From Candidatus Omnitrophota bacterium (GTDB lineage Bacteria; Omnitrophota; Gorgyraeia; Zapsychrales; Fredricksoniimonadaceae), in the NCBI GenBank assembly GCA_903908245.1, contig CAIVRE010000029.1, positions 14,266-78,265 of the forward strand: a DNA stretch of 64,000 bases, written 5' to 3'. A program made the translations under genes and the position numbers. Below the pieces are notes generated by a model that made no database searches, was not told where the DNA came from, and saw only the letters and a program-made list of their open reading frames with translations. Position 1 is the stretch's first letter. Every line of letters starts with the position of its first letter. Below, one piece after another: positions 1-9,603 of the stretch.

Positions 1-246
1 AACGTCATTATGAAGAAACATGTGCCTTCGCTGGCCCTGGTGGGTATTGATGAAAGCATTGACGAAAATGGCGATAGTGTTTTTGCAGCCATCCGCAAAC
101 ACGCGGTCGACATCACGCTGATCGCCTTAGGAGAGCGGGATAATGAACATGAAGCAGTGGAAGCAGTTAAGGCAGGCGCTACCGGTTATATGATAAAACC
201 GCTGGACCCTCACAATATCCTTTCCATTACGGAAAAGAACATATAA
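1..246 (+). CDS. Response regulator receiver domain, C-terminal fragment (5' end lies outside the window)
   Basis: Frame is open from position 1. Motif '...ITLIALGERDNEHEAVEAVKAGATGYMIKPLDP' matches the alpha4-beta5 region of CheY-like receivers (T/S...K-P). It converges on the SpoIID gene. Confidence 0.55.
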   Translation, partial: NVIMKKHVPSLALVGIDESIDENGDSVFAAIRKHAVDITLIALGERDNEHEAVEAVKAGATGYMIKPLDPHNILSITEKNI

Positions 247-273
247 CCCTTCAGGTCTTGAGGTTTTTCCCTG

Positions 274-1452
274 TCAATCAATATCCTGAAGATGTTCCAG
301 AAGAGACCCCGGATAATAGAATTTCAGGATCTGCTGGTAAGAAAACTTCATTCGGGCCATATTATAAGCACCCCACTGGCACATTCCGACACCATGTCCC
401 CAGCCGTGGCCAACCAGGTCAACATAATAGCCCTTCATCTCAACATTATACATATTGCTTTTTAGGACATTGGGGCCAAGCGCGTCACGAAAATCCTTGC
501 CCTCAACGGTTAATTTCTTCCCGTCACGGTCTTCAAACTCGATCTTGCGCACACGGCCGGACTTGTTGCGTTCAATGACGCGGATATCCTTGATCAGCCC
601 GATCTTATAACCGTGTGTGTTGAGGGCCTCCTGAATATCCTTTAAACGAAAATTCCTGCGCCAGCGGTAATGCGGAGAATTGACCGAATAGGGCGACTCC
701 ACCCCACCTTTGAGTGGCGGAAGGTCAATATCCCACAATTCAGAGGCATTTTCGGTGACTCCACCGGAATTGGCATGAAAAAACGCAGGAAAGATCTTGC
801 CCTTGTATGTCAGGACTTCTCCTTTGGTATTTCGGACCGCCAGGTTCGTGCGATACCGTTCGGCAGATTTTCCGCCATAGACCTGGGAATACACATCATT
901 AGTGGCGTCATAATCGCGCGCAGAGAACTTTTCTATGGAATAAAGAGCATAGGTCCGGGTTGCCACAGCCTGGGCTTTGATAGCCTCCAACGGCCATTTA
1001 TCCGATATCTCGTGATAAAGGACGCCCCGGATATATTGTTCGATCTCGATCGAATTGACAACCGTCAGCGAGGTCCCGCCATTAATGATCACCAGCATGC
1101 CGCGAAAATGTTTGTCATTCACACGCAATGACGCATCCTGCCGGGGATCAATGACCAGCCGCTGGTTGTCATAAACAGTATCGCCGATCTTGATCTTGCC
1201 ATGATCGATCACTACTATCGTTGGCAAAAGGCGCACACCTACCGCGACTTTTTTCCCGGTGTTATAATCCAGGACCGTGTGGCGCCCGTCAACGGCCAAA
1301 GTAAAATGATCCACATCCCTCAACACCGAAACACGGATGAGCTTGGACTTGGCGGTTACATCCGAAATATCCATACAAAAGATCACCAGCAGCAGGATCA
1401 GGGCCCTGACCACATTTGTTGAACCGATGCGCGCAAACAAGGTCAAGGGCAT
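274..1452 (-). CDS. SpoIID/LytB-domain protein (cell-wall amidase enhancer family) with an N-terminal signal/anchor
   Basis: 392 aa. Hydrophobic N-terminus, and the C-terminal 'GHGVGMCQWGA' signature of the SpoIID/LytB family. Confidence 0.8.
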   Translation of the reverse strand: MPLTLFARIGSTNVVRALILLLVIFCMDISDVTAKSKLIRVSVLRDVDHFTLAVDGRHTVLDYNTGKKVAVGVRLLPTIVVIDHGKIKIGDTVYDNQRLVIDPRQDASLRVNDKHFRGMLVIINGGTSLTVVNSIEIEQYIRGVLYHEISDKWPLEAIKAQAVATRTYALYSIEKFSARDYDATNDVYSQVYGGKSAERYRTNLAVRNTKGEVLTYKGKIFPAFFHANSGGVTENASELWDIDLPPLKGGVESPYSVNSPHYRWRRNFRLKDIQEALNTHGYKIGLIKDIRVIERNKSGRVRKIEFEDRDGKKLTVEGKDFRDALGPNVLKSNMYNVEMKGYYVDLVGHGWGHGVGMCQWGAYNMARMKFSYQQILKFYYPGSLLEHLQDID

Positions 1453-2438
1453 AAATGCTTCCTGGTCTTTTCGGTTATTTCACGGCCCCGGGACGTGCGG
1501 CGGAGAAACCCGGTCTTTAAGAGATAAGGCTCCACCACATCCGCGATCGTATCTGCCTCTTCATTCATTGTGGCCGCCAATGCTTCAATGCCAACCGGGC
1601 CGCCGTTATAATCCTGCATGATAAGCCTTAGGATGCGACGGTCAAGATCATCAAGGCCTTCCCGGTCGATCTTGAGCGTTCCCATGGACTGTTCGACTAC
1701 CCCGACCGTTATACCGGGCTGGCTGGTCTTGACCTGGGCATAATCGCGCACCCGCCGCAGGAGGCGATTGGCAATACGCGGGGTCCCGCGAGAACGACGG
1801 GCGATCTCGAGCGCCGCGCCGCTTCCGAGATCAATGGACAATTTCTTTGCGGAATTGGCCACGATGACCGACAATTCCTCTGCAGGATAGAAATCCAGAT
1901 GATAGGACAATCCGAAACGGTCACGCAACGGAGTGGCCAAAAGACCGCTGCGTGTGGTGGCGCCTATAAGGGTAAAAGGCTTGAGGTTGAAATTGATGGT
2001 CTTGGCATAAGGACCCTTGTCCACGATAAAGTCGATCTTGTAATTTTCCATCGCAGGATAAAGGAATTCTTCGACCGTTTTGGACATGCGATGGATCTCG
2101 TCGATGAACAGGACGTCGCCTTCTCCCAGGTTCGTCAGGATCCCGATAAAATCTCCGGCACGCTCGATCGCCGGGCCGGAAGTAACGGTGATCCTTGCGT
2201 TCATTTCATGGGCGATGATATGTGCCAGCGACGTCTTGCCCAATCCGGGCGGACCGGAAAAAAGCATATGTTCCAGCGGTTCTTTACGCAGGCGCGCGGC
2301 ATCGACCGCCACGCGGATATTATCCACCAGGTCTCTTTGCCCGATAAAGTCCGCCAGCGACTGCGGGCGCAAGGAAATTCCCGCCACGCGGTCTTCGTCC
2401 GTTTCCTGATCCAGAATAATACGTTTAAGCTCTTCCAT
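1443..2438 (-). CDS. ruvB: Holliday junction ATP-dependent DNA helicase RuvB
   Basis: Walker A 'GPPGLGKTSLAHIIAHEM', 'LFIDEIHR', and a C-terminal winged helix. Start placed at the internal 'MEELKRIIL' to avoid a long 5' extension; it overlaps the scpA stop by 14 nt. Confidence 0.9.
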   Translation of the reverse strand: MEELKRIILDQETDEDRVAGISLRPQSLADFIGQRDLVDNIRVAVDAARLRKEPLEHMLFSGPPGLGKTSLAHIIAHEMNARITVTSGPAIERAGDFIGILTNLGEGDVLFIDEIHRMSKTVEEFLYPAMENYKIDFIVDKGPYAKTINFNLKPFTLIGATTRSGLLATPLRDRFGLSYHLDFYPAEELSVIVANSAKKLSIDLGSGAALEIARRSRGTPRIANRLLRRVRDYAQVKTSQPGITVGVVEQSMGTLKIDREGLDDLDRRILRLIMQDYNGGPVGIEALAATMNEEADTIADVVEPYLLKTGFLRRTSRGREITEKTRKHLCP

Positions 2439-3195
2439 CCGGGCTTTGCTCCACGGGGGGTTGAACAACGATAATATTATCCGAATTACGCACAAGCTCG
2501 ATCTCGGCAAACAGCCGCTTCTGGACAACAAGCACTTCCTTGACCCTGCAAAGCTCCAGGACCGCCATAAAAGTGACGATCACTTCCATTTTATCGGACG
2601 CGTTCTCAAAAAGCTCGTTTAAAAAGATCCGCGGACGGTCGACCAGCAAATGAAGGATCGTATGGACCTTGTTCTCCACCGTGTGCTCTTCCCTGACCAC
2701 CTCGTAAGTGCCCTTCTCCGGTTTATTCTGCAGGGCCACTGTCAACGCCGTAATAAGGTCGAACAGATTCGCTTCAAAGAAAACCTCTTTGGAATCATCC
2801 TTGAGTTCATCGAGCGCTTCCGGATCGATCCGCCTCGGGAAAAGATCCGAACGTTTCTCAGCACGCAGGCGAAGCTCTTCGGCCGCCTCCTTGATACGCT
2901 GGTATTCTTCCAGACGGCGTACCAGTTCCGTGCGCGGATCCTCGGGGTTCTCTTTTTCATTCGGGTCCGGCGGAAGGAGCATGCGGGACTTGATCTGCAG
3001 CAGGGTTGCCGCCATGACCAGGAATTCACCAATACCGTCAAGATCGAGCATTTTCATCATCTCGATGCATTCCAGGTACTGTTCGGTGATCTGTGTGACG
3101 GGGATATCGTAGATATTCACCTCATTCTTGCGAATGAGATACAAAAGAAGGTCCAGGGGGCCTTCGAACATATCAAGCTGAAATTTATAGTTCAT
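2425..3195 (-). CDS. scpA: Segregation and condensation protein A (kleisin ScpA)
   Basis: N-terminal 'FEGPLDLLLYLIRKNEVNIYDIPV' is the ScpA signature. 256 aa. No scpB is adjacent. Confidence 0.85.
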   Translation of the reverse strand: MNYKFQLDMFEGPLDLLLYLIRKNEVNIYDIPVTQITEQYLECIEMMKMLDLDGIGEFLVMAATLLQIKSRMLLPPDPNEKENPEDPRTELVRRLEEYQRIKEAAEELRLRAEKRSDLFPRRIDPEALDELKDDSKEVFFEANLFDLITALTVALQNKPEKGTYEVVREEHTVENKVHTILHLLVDRPRIFLNELFENASDKMEVIVTFMAVLELCRVKEVLVVQKRLFAEIELVRNSDNIIVVQPPVEQSPDGRA

Positions 3196-4175
3196 GAAAA
3201 AACAGCTTTGCGGACTTCTGCCATTGTCTTGACCGCGACGTCACGGGCGCGCAAAGCGCCGTCCTTTAATACTTCGTCAAGATACGCGCGGTCCTTTGCC
3301 AGTTTGGAACGTGCTTCCCGAACAGGGCGTAAATATTCAATGATCTCATCCGCCATGATCTTTTTGCAATCCGTACAGCCCTTGTTGGCATTCACGCACC
3401 AGTCACGGACCGCATCGGCCTTGCCAGGCGCGAAAGCCTTGTAATAACTGAAAACATTGCATTCATCAGGATGCCCCGGGTCCTTGAGCCTCTGGCGTTT
3501 GGGGTCTGTGACCATGTTCCTGACCTTCACGGCGATCTCTTCCGCCGTGTCGGAGAGATTGATGGTATTCCCGTAACTTTTGGACATCTTGCGGTTATCA
3601 AGCCCCAACAGCCTGGAAGTCGGCGTCAGGATCGATGCGCAATCCTTGAAAAGTTCAACACCATACATGGAATTGAACCTGCGGGCAATTTCACGGGTAA
3701 GCTCCAGATGCGGAAGCTGGTCCTCTCCGATCGGGACTGCATCGGCTTTATACAACAGGATATCCGCGGCCTGTAGAACAGGATATCCGAGAAAAGCATA
3801 GGTTTGAAGGTCGCGGGTCGTTATTTCCCGAAGCTGTTCTTTATAAGTAGGGTTCCGCTCGAGCCATCCAAGAGGAGTGAGGCAGGAAAGGAACATCTGC
3901 AATTCCAGATGCTCCGGCACATCAGACTGAAGAAAAACGATCGACTTCCGAGGATCTATCCCGCAGGACAACCAGTCGAGCGCCATATCGTAGACATACG
4001 AACGGATATTGCGGCTGTTCTCATATTCTCCCATCAGCGCGTGCCAGTCAACAATAGAATAGACGCACTGATGCGTATCCTGGAGATGAACCCAGTTATC
4101 CAGCGCTCCGACCAGGTGCCCCAGATGAAGTTTCCCCGTCGGACGCATCCCGCTGAAAACACGCTTGGAGCTCAT
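3192..4175 (-). CDS. trpS: Tryptophan--tRNA ligase
   Basis: Class I HIGH-like 'TGKLHLGHLVGAL' and 'KMSKS' motifs. 327 aa. Confidence 0.92.
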   Translation of the reverse strand: MSSKRVFSGMRPTGKLHLGHLVGALDNWVHLQDTHQCVYSIVDWHALMGEYENSRNIRSYVYDMALDWLSCGIDPRKSIVFLQSDVPEHLELQMFLSCLTPLGWLERNPTYKEQLREITTRDLQTYAFLGYPVLQAADILLYKADAVPIGEDQLPHLELTREIARRFNSMYGVELFKDCASILTPTSRLLGLDNRKMSKSYGNTINLSDTAEEIAVKVRNMVTDPKRQRLKDPGHPDECNVFSYYKAFAPGKADAVRDWCVNANKGCTDCKKIMADEIIEYLRPVREARSKLAKDRAYLDEVLKDGALRARDVAVKTMAEVRKAVFS

Positions 4176-6679
4176 AATTTCCTTGCTATATTCTCGATCT
4201 CGAAAGCCTCGATCATATCGCCGGGTTCGTATCCGTCATAACCACCGACCGCGATCCCGCATTCGAAACCTTCACCGACCTCCTTGACATCATCCTTGAA
4301 GCGCTTGAGCGTCACAAGCTTGCCCGTATGCACTACAACGCCGTTGCGCATGACATCGACATTCAGCTTGGTCCGCATACGGCCTTTGAGCATGAAACAG
4401 CCCGCCACAATACCCGACTTGGTAAGATTGAATACCTGCCGCACCTCAGCCCGTGCGAGAAAATGGCGCTTGGTATCAGGTTTAAGCATCCCTTCCAAAG
4501 CCCCGCGGATATCATTGACAATATCGTAGATCACATTATAACGGCGGACTTCAACAGGCGTCTTTTCCAGTTCGTCACTCGCGGTCGAGCTCGTGCCGAC
4601 ATTGAACGCGATGACAATAGCCTTGGAAACATGGGCCAGGATTATATCCGACGGATTCACCTCACCAACACCGCTATGGATGAACTTGACGGCGACTTCC
4701 TTGCTTTCGCTGGTGATCTTCTCGAGCGCTGTCCGTAACGCCCCCACAGACCCCTGGACATCACCCTTGATGATGACATTCAGTTCGCGGACTTCACCGG
4801 CTTCGCGCTTGGCGAATAATGCCTCGAGGGTGATCTTCGACGATTCCTTGAGACGGTCGGTCTTCATCTTTTCTTCGCGAACAGACGCGATCTCACGGGC
4901 GGCTTTCTCATTGTCCATAACAAAGAATTTCTCCCCTGCTTCCGGCACGCCGGGAAGCCCGAGGATCTCGACCGGCATGCAAGGGCCGGCTTCTTTCACC
5001 TGGCGCTTATGATCGTCGAACATCGCCTTGACCTTGGCGCAATAAGGCCCGACCACAACAATATCGCCCTCGCGTAGAGTCCCGTTCTGGACGATCAGGG
5101 TGGCCAAAGGCCCCTTGCCCGTACTCATATGTGCTTCAACGACGATACCTGCCGCCTTTTTGTCAGGGTTCGCTTTCAACTGCAGCATTTCCGCCTCAAG
5201 AAGGATCATTTCAAGAAGATTGTCCAGCCCTTGGTTCGTGTGCGCGGAGACCGGGCAGACAACGGTCTTGCCGCCCCATTCTTCCGGCATCAGGTCATGT
5301 TCCATCAACTGCTTCTTGACCATCTCGAGATCTGCATCTTTAAGATCAATTTTATTTAAAGCCACCACGATCGGCACTCCCGCCGCACGGGCATGATCGA
5401 TCGCCTCTTCGGTTTGAGGCATTATCCCCTCATTGGCAGCGATAACGACAACGACAATATCGGTAATATGGGCCCCGCGTGAACGCATGGCCGTAAAAGC
5501 CGCGTGGCCGGGAGTATCCATGAATGTAATGGTCCCGCGCGGAACCTGGACGGAATACGCGCGGATATGCTGGGTTATTCCGCCATGCTCCGAATCCACG
5601 ACCTTTGTCTTGCGGATGGAGTCAAGAAGCGACGTTTTACCATGGTCAACATGGCCCATAAAGGTCACTACCGGTGCGCGCGGTTTGAGCAAAGAGGGAT
5701 CTTCCTGTTCCTTGGTATGGTCTGCGATCAATTGCTCTTCCTGGGACTTGATCTCAATAAGATTAAATCCGAATTCCTGGCAGAGCTTGCGGACAATGTC
5801 TTCACCAAGGTTTTGATTAATATTGGCAAAGATGCCCATCCCCATCAGGGCTTTTAAGACCATATTGACTTTATTCTGGAATTTGAACGCCAGATCCCCT
5901 ACAGTGACCGGCAGTTTGATCTCGATATCTTTCAAAGGCCCTTCCGATTTGGCCACCGCCGCAGGGGCACCCGAAGTGGCATCGCCGGAATGACTTCCCG
6001 CATGTTCATCCACCGCAGGACGAGGTTCCATGGAAGCCGAACGGTCTTCCCTGGTAAGCCTCTTTTTTAAAGGCGAAACAGCGACAAAAGCCGGAGCGTC
6101 CGGCTGAACTTTCTTTTTTGTGACGGTCACGATCATCTTGGTGACCCTTTTGATGATCTTTCGGCCCTGCTCGTCAACGGTATGCTCTTCCGTCGTTTCA
6201 GTATGCCCGACCGGTTTTGGAGGGATGACCACTGCAGCGGGTTCAGGCTTGACGGGTTCCACGGGAACCGGCGGCACAGGGGCCTTGACAGCAGGGACCA
6301 AAGGCTCAACCGGCTTTCTTACCGGGACTTCGGAAAGCTTCCTGACAGTAACAACGACCGGCTTGTGCTTGACCGGTTCTTTGGGCGGCTCTGGTTCTTT
6401 CTTCTTGCGCACGACCTTGGGGGCTTCGCCATCCGCCGGAACTTCAACAGCCGCTTCCCGGGCGACCGTCTTTTTGACCACAGGCTTCTTGACCGTCTTT
6501 TTTTCGGGCTCCTGCTTGGGGATGATCCCCTTGCTCTCAAGCTCTCCTTTAAGAACCATCAATACCGCGGGGCTCAGGTCCTGGTCCTCCCCCTTCGCGC
6601 GAAGTTTAATGGCTTTTAACGTAGAGGTAACAACCTCTTCCGTAATATTGTACTGTTTCGCCAGATCCCTTACTAACAT
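4172..6679 (-). CDS. infB: Translation initiation factor IF-2
   Basis: G-domain '[12 protein letters not shown]', 'DTPGHAAF', 'NKID', and a long Pro/Val/Lys-rich low-complexity N-terminal region. 835 aa. Confidence 0.95.
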   Translation of the reverse strand: MLVRDLAKQYNITEEVVTSTLKAIKLRAKGEDQDLSPAVLMVLKGELESKGIIPKQEPEKKTVKKPVVKKTVAREAAVEVPADGEAPKVVRKKKEPEPPKEPVKHKPVVVTVRKLSEVPVRKPVEPLVPAVKAPVPPVPVEPVKPEPAAVVIPPKPVGHTETTEEHTVDEQGRKIIKRVTKMIVTVTKKKVQPDAPAFVAVSPLKKRLTREDRSASMEPRPAVDEHAGSHSGDATSGAPAAVAKSEGPLKDIEIKLPVTVGDLAFKFQNKVNMVLKALMGMGIFANINQNLGEDIVRKLCQEFGFNLIEIKSQEEQLIADHTKEQEDPSLLKPRAPVVTFMGHVDHGKTSLLDSIRKTKVVDSEHGGITQHIRAYSVQVPRGTITFMDTPGHAAFTAMRSRGAHITDIVVVVIAANEGIMPQTEEAIDHARAAGVPIVVALNKIDLKDADLEMVKKQLMEHDLMPEEWGGKTVVCPVSAHTNQGLDNLLEMILLEAEMLQLKANPDKKAAGIVVEAHMSTGKGPLATLIVQNGTLREGDIVVVGPYCAKVKAMFDDHKRQVKEAGPCMPVEILGLPGVPEAGEKFFVMDNEKAAREIASVREEKMKTDRLKESSKITLEALFAKREAGEVRELNVIIKGDVQGSVGALRTALEKITSESKEVAVKFIHSGVGEVNPSDIILAHVSKAIVIAFNVGTSSTASDELEKTPVEVRRYNVIYDIVNDIRGALEGMLKPDTKRHFLARAEVRQVFNLTKSGIVAGCFMLKGRMRTKLNVDVMRNGVVVHTGKLVTLKRFKDDVKEVGEGFECGIAVGGYDGYEPGDMIEAFEIENIARKL

Positions 6680-6757
6680 AGACCGCCTTTATGATTGAAC
6701 ATTACCCTGTGATCAAACGCGTCGAATCTTCATCCCGCAATTAAAACCTCAACGAAC

Positions 6758-7825
6758 CTACTTATCGTCACTATTGGCGATCTCATCCTTATCACCCGCC
6801 GGAGCGTCATCATCCACCACTTCCACCTGCTCCACCACTTCCTGAACATCTTCTGTTTCTTCAGAAGACTCTTTCAGATTCTCTTCCCATTGTTTAGCAG
6901 AGAAAATATCGAGTTCCCAGCCTACCAGCTTGCTGGCCAAACGCACATTCTGGCCGTAACGGCCGATGGCGATCGACAACTGGTCATCGGCGACAATAAT
7001 ATTGGCTTTTTTATCCAGGGAAAGCAACTGCATCTGGGATATCTCGGCCGGAGAAAGCGAAGCCTGAATATATTCCTTGATGTCCGAGGAATAACGGACG
7101 ATATCGATCTTCTCTCCGTGAAGTTCGGCCACGATGTTCTTGACGCGTGAACCGCGCATCCCGACGCATGCGCCGACACAATCGACCTTGTCATCCTTGG
7201 AATAGACCGAGATCTTGGTGCGCTCGCCCGCGTCGCGCGCGATCGCCTTGACCTCAATGATCCCCTCATAGATCTCGGGGACTTCAAGCTCGAACAGGCG
7301 TTTGACAAAATTCGGATGGGCCCGTGAAAGGACGATCTGGGGGCCGCGCGATTCTTTCTGAACTTCAAAAATAAGGGCTCTGACCCGGTCGCCCTGTTTA
7401 AATTCCTCTTTACCGCAAAGTTCGCTCCTGGGGATGACCGCTTCGGTCTTGCCAAGGTCAACGATCACATTCCCGCGATCAAAGCGATAGACATTGCCGC
7501 TGATGATCTGCCCGAGACGGGCGCTATATTCAACATAGACCACATCTTTTTCCGCTTCGCGGATCTTCTGGAAAACGACTTGTTTGGCTGTCTGGGCCGC
7601 GATCCGCCCGAATTCACTGGAACGGATCTCCTGTCCGTTCGCGTAGGCGATGATCTTGCCTGTTTTCAGATCGAGCTTGGCACTGACATCTTCTTCCTTC
7701 CCGACCGTCCAGACCTTCCTAGCCGCAGAGGCAACCGCCGCCTCGACCGCCTCGATCAGGACTTCTTTGGCAATGCCCTTGTCACGTTCGATCTGCTCCA
7801 GAATCCCTATCAATTCGCTTTCCAT
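6758..7825 (-). CDS. nusA: Transcription termination/antitermination factor NusA (short form, acidic C-terminal tail)
   Basis: N-terminal 'ESELIGILEQIERDKGIAKEVLIEAVEAAVASAARK', S1 and KH domains. No AR1/AR2 repeats. Confidence 0.92.
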   Translation of the reverse strand: MESELIGILEQIERDKGIAKEVLIEAVEAAVASAARKVWTVGKEEDVSAKLDLKTGKIIAYANGQEIRSSEFGRIAAQTAKQVVFQKIREAEKDVVYVEYSARLGQIISGNVYRFDRGNVIVDLGKTEAVIPRSELCGKEEFKQGDRVRALIFEVQKESRGPQIVLSRAHPNFVKRLFELEVPEIYEGIIEVKAIARDAGERTKISVYSKDDKVDCVGACVGMRGSRVKNIVAELHGEKIDIVRYSSDIKEYIQASLSPAEISQMQLLSLDKKANIIVADDQLSIAIGRYGQNVRLASKLVGWELDIFSAKQWEENLKESSEETEDVQEVVEQVEVVDDDAPAGDKDEIANSDDK

Positions 7826-7853
7826 ACGACTCCTTTTTAAATCCCGCGCTTAA

Positions 7854-8318
7854 TTACGAAATTATCTGCCTGGCTCTCTCTATCTTCTCGATCCCGATCA
7901 ATAACTCCCCGAACTTTGTTTCAAAAACGATCTCTGAGCCCTGAAGGCCTTTGATAACGGCGTCCATCTCTATTTTCCCATGGATCCGTTCCTTCAGGAA
8001 TAGCCGGACCCGGCGGCCGACCGCCCGGCGAAAATCAGGGACAATGGTCAAAGGCCTGTCCAGTCCCGGTGAAGAAACCTCAAGGGTATAATTATCCCCC
8101 AGTTTTAAGACCTCGTAAAGCTGATTGTCCAGGCTCCGGTTGAGCCGGGAACATTCTTCAAAACTGATCGCCCCGCCCGGCAGATCGGCCAGAAGCTCGA
8201 TACGAAGCGTTTCATTAAAATCCCTGACCGTCAGCTCAACAAGCTCGATCCCCATTCCCTCGCATAAAACCAGGGCGATCTTCCATATCTCTTCACGCAG
8301 GTCTTCGATCCGACCCAT
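7854..8318 (-). CDS. rimP: Ribosome maturation factor RimP
   Basis: 154 aa, immediately upstream of nusA (canonical rimP-nusA-infB order). N-terminus 'IWKIALVLCEGMGIELVELTV' is typical of RimP. Confidence 0.85.
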   Translation of the reverse strand: MGRIEDLREEIWKIALVLCEGMGIELVELTVRDFNETLRIELLADLPGGAISFEECSRLNRSLDNQLYEVLKLGDNYTLEVSSPGLDRPLTIVPDFRRAVGRRVRLFLKERIHGKIEMDAVIKGLQGSEIVFETKFGELLIGIEKIERARQIIS

Positions 8319-8326
8319 AAGAAACC

Positions 8327-9511
8327 TTATTTCTTCGTCAGTGCCACAAGCCTTTCAACCGCGTTATCCCTGGAAACGATCTCGACGGCATTGGATGCGC
8401 GGTGCTTGATCTCGACGTTTCCTTCCGTCAGACCGCGCTTGCCGATAATAATACGGAAAGGAATACCAATGAGGTCCGCGTCGTTGAACTTACGCCCGGC
8501 GCTTTCATCACGGTCGTCCATTAAAACATCAATATGACGTTTTGTCAACTCATCATAATATGAATTTGCCAAACCCATGACCTCGGGGTCATTGAGCTGA
8601 AGCGGAAGGATCTCGACCGCAAAAGGCGCCACCTCCAAAGGCCACTGGATGCCTTTGTCATCATGATGGACTTCAATAATGGTCGCGATCAAACGGCTGA
8701 CCCCGATCCCGTAACAGCCCATGATAATAGGCTGCTGCTTGCCTTTGTCATCCAGGAACAGCGCCGACAATGCTTCGGAATATTTTGTTCCCAATTGAAA
8801 AATATGCCCTACTTCAATGCACAGATGCTCCTGCCCCGATGCATCTTTGGCTTTATCTTCGCCGATAGCGGCCGGGACAAGGAATTCATGGGACAACCGC
8901 CCGCCCATCGCCCCGCTATCTGCCTCTGCTATAATGGGTTTAAGTCCACAGCGCGTAAAAATATTGCCGTAGGCAGCGTACATTGCATCATAGTTTTTCT
9001 TTAGCCCTTCCAGGCTGGTATCAAAACTGTACGCATCTTTCATGATAAATTCGCACGCGCGGACCACACCGAAGCGCGGACGTGTTTCATCTCGGAACTT
9101 CGTCTGGATCTGGTAAAGCGTAACGGGAAGCTGGCGATAAGACTGGACAAATGACCTTACCAGATCCGTAATGATCTCTTCGTGTGTTGGCCCGAGGCAC
9201 ATTGACTGGCCCTTTTTATTCTTGAAACGGATCATGACCTCCTCGAGGGTTTTGTCCCGCCCGGTCTTCTGCCAAAGGTCCATCGGCAGGATCGCCGGCA
9301 TCAAAAGCTCATGGGCACCGGCGGCATCCATTTCTTCGCGGATAATATTCTCGATCTTCTTAAGGACTTTCCATCCCAACGGCAGGTAGGAATACACTCC
9401 CGATGTCAGCATATGCACCAGACCGGACCTCAGAAGCAACTGATGACTTACTGCTTCGGTGCCCGTCGGGACTTCTTTTAATGTTGGAATGAAATATTTT
9501 GACCACCGCAT
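8327..9511 (-). CDS. proS: Proline--tRNA ligase, bacterial-type catalytic + anticodon-binding domains but lacking the INS editing insertion
   Basis: N-terminus 'MRWSKYFIPTLKEVPTGTEAVSHQLLLRSGL' and motif 2 'FRDETRPRFGVVRACEF' align with E. coli ProRS. The ~180-aa INS segment between motif 2 and motif 3 is replaced by a ~20-aa linker. 394 aa. Confidence 0.85.
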   Translation of the reverse strand: MRWSKYFIPTLKEVPTGTEAVSHQLLLRSGLVHMLTSGVYSYLPLGWKVLKKIENIIREEMDAAGAHELLMPAILPMDLWQKTGRDKTLEEVMIRFKNKKGQSMCLGPTHEEIITDLVRSFVQSYRQLPVTLYQIQTKFRDETRPRFGVVRACEFIMKDAYSFDTSLEGLKKNYDAMYAAYGNIFTRCGLKPIIAEADSGAMGGRLSHEFLVPAAIGEDKAKDASGQEHLCIEVGHIFQLGTKYSEALSALFLDDKGKQQPIIMGCYGIGVSRLIATIIEVHHDDKGIQWPLEVAPFAVEILPLQLNDPEVMGLANSYYDELTKRHIDVLMDDRDESAGRKFNDADLIGIPFRIIIGKRGLTEGNVEIKHRASNAVEIVSRDNAVERLVALTKK

Positions 9512-9603
9512 GCCGGCTCCTTGTTATATCGTCTCATTACCGGGCTGACATCCTCTTCGAAGACTGGAGTAAAGTCGGCCCCACACACTGGTACGTACGT
9601 GTT

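Noticed and set aside
258-1131. Several + strand ORFs (258-578, 670-1131)
   Set aside because: They overlap the SpoIID/LytB gene on the opposite strand. Compositionally odd and with no homology signal.
2650-3444. 264-aa + strand ORF
   Set aside because: Antisense to scpA and trpS, both of which have strong homology signals. No motifs.
6120-6698. 192-aa + strand ORF with Gly/Thr repeats
   Set aside because: Antisense to the Pro/Val/Lys repeat region of infB. The low-complexity mirror image is not a gene.
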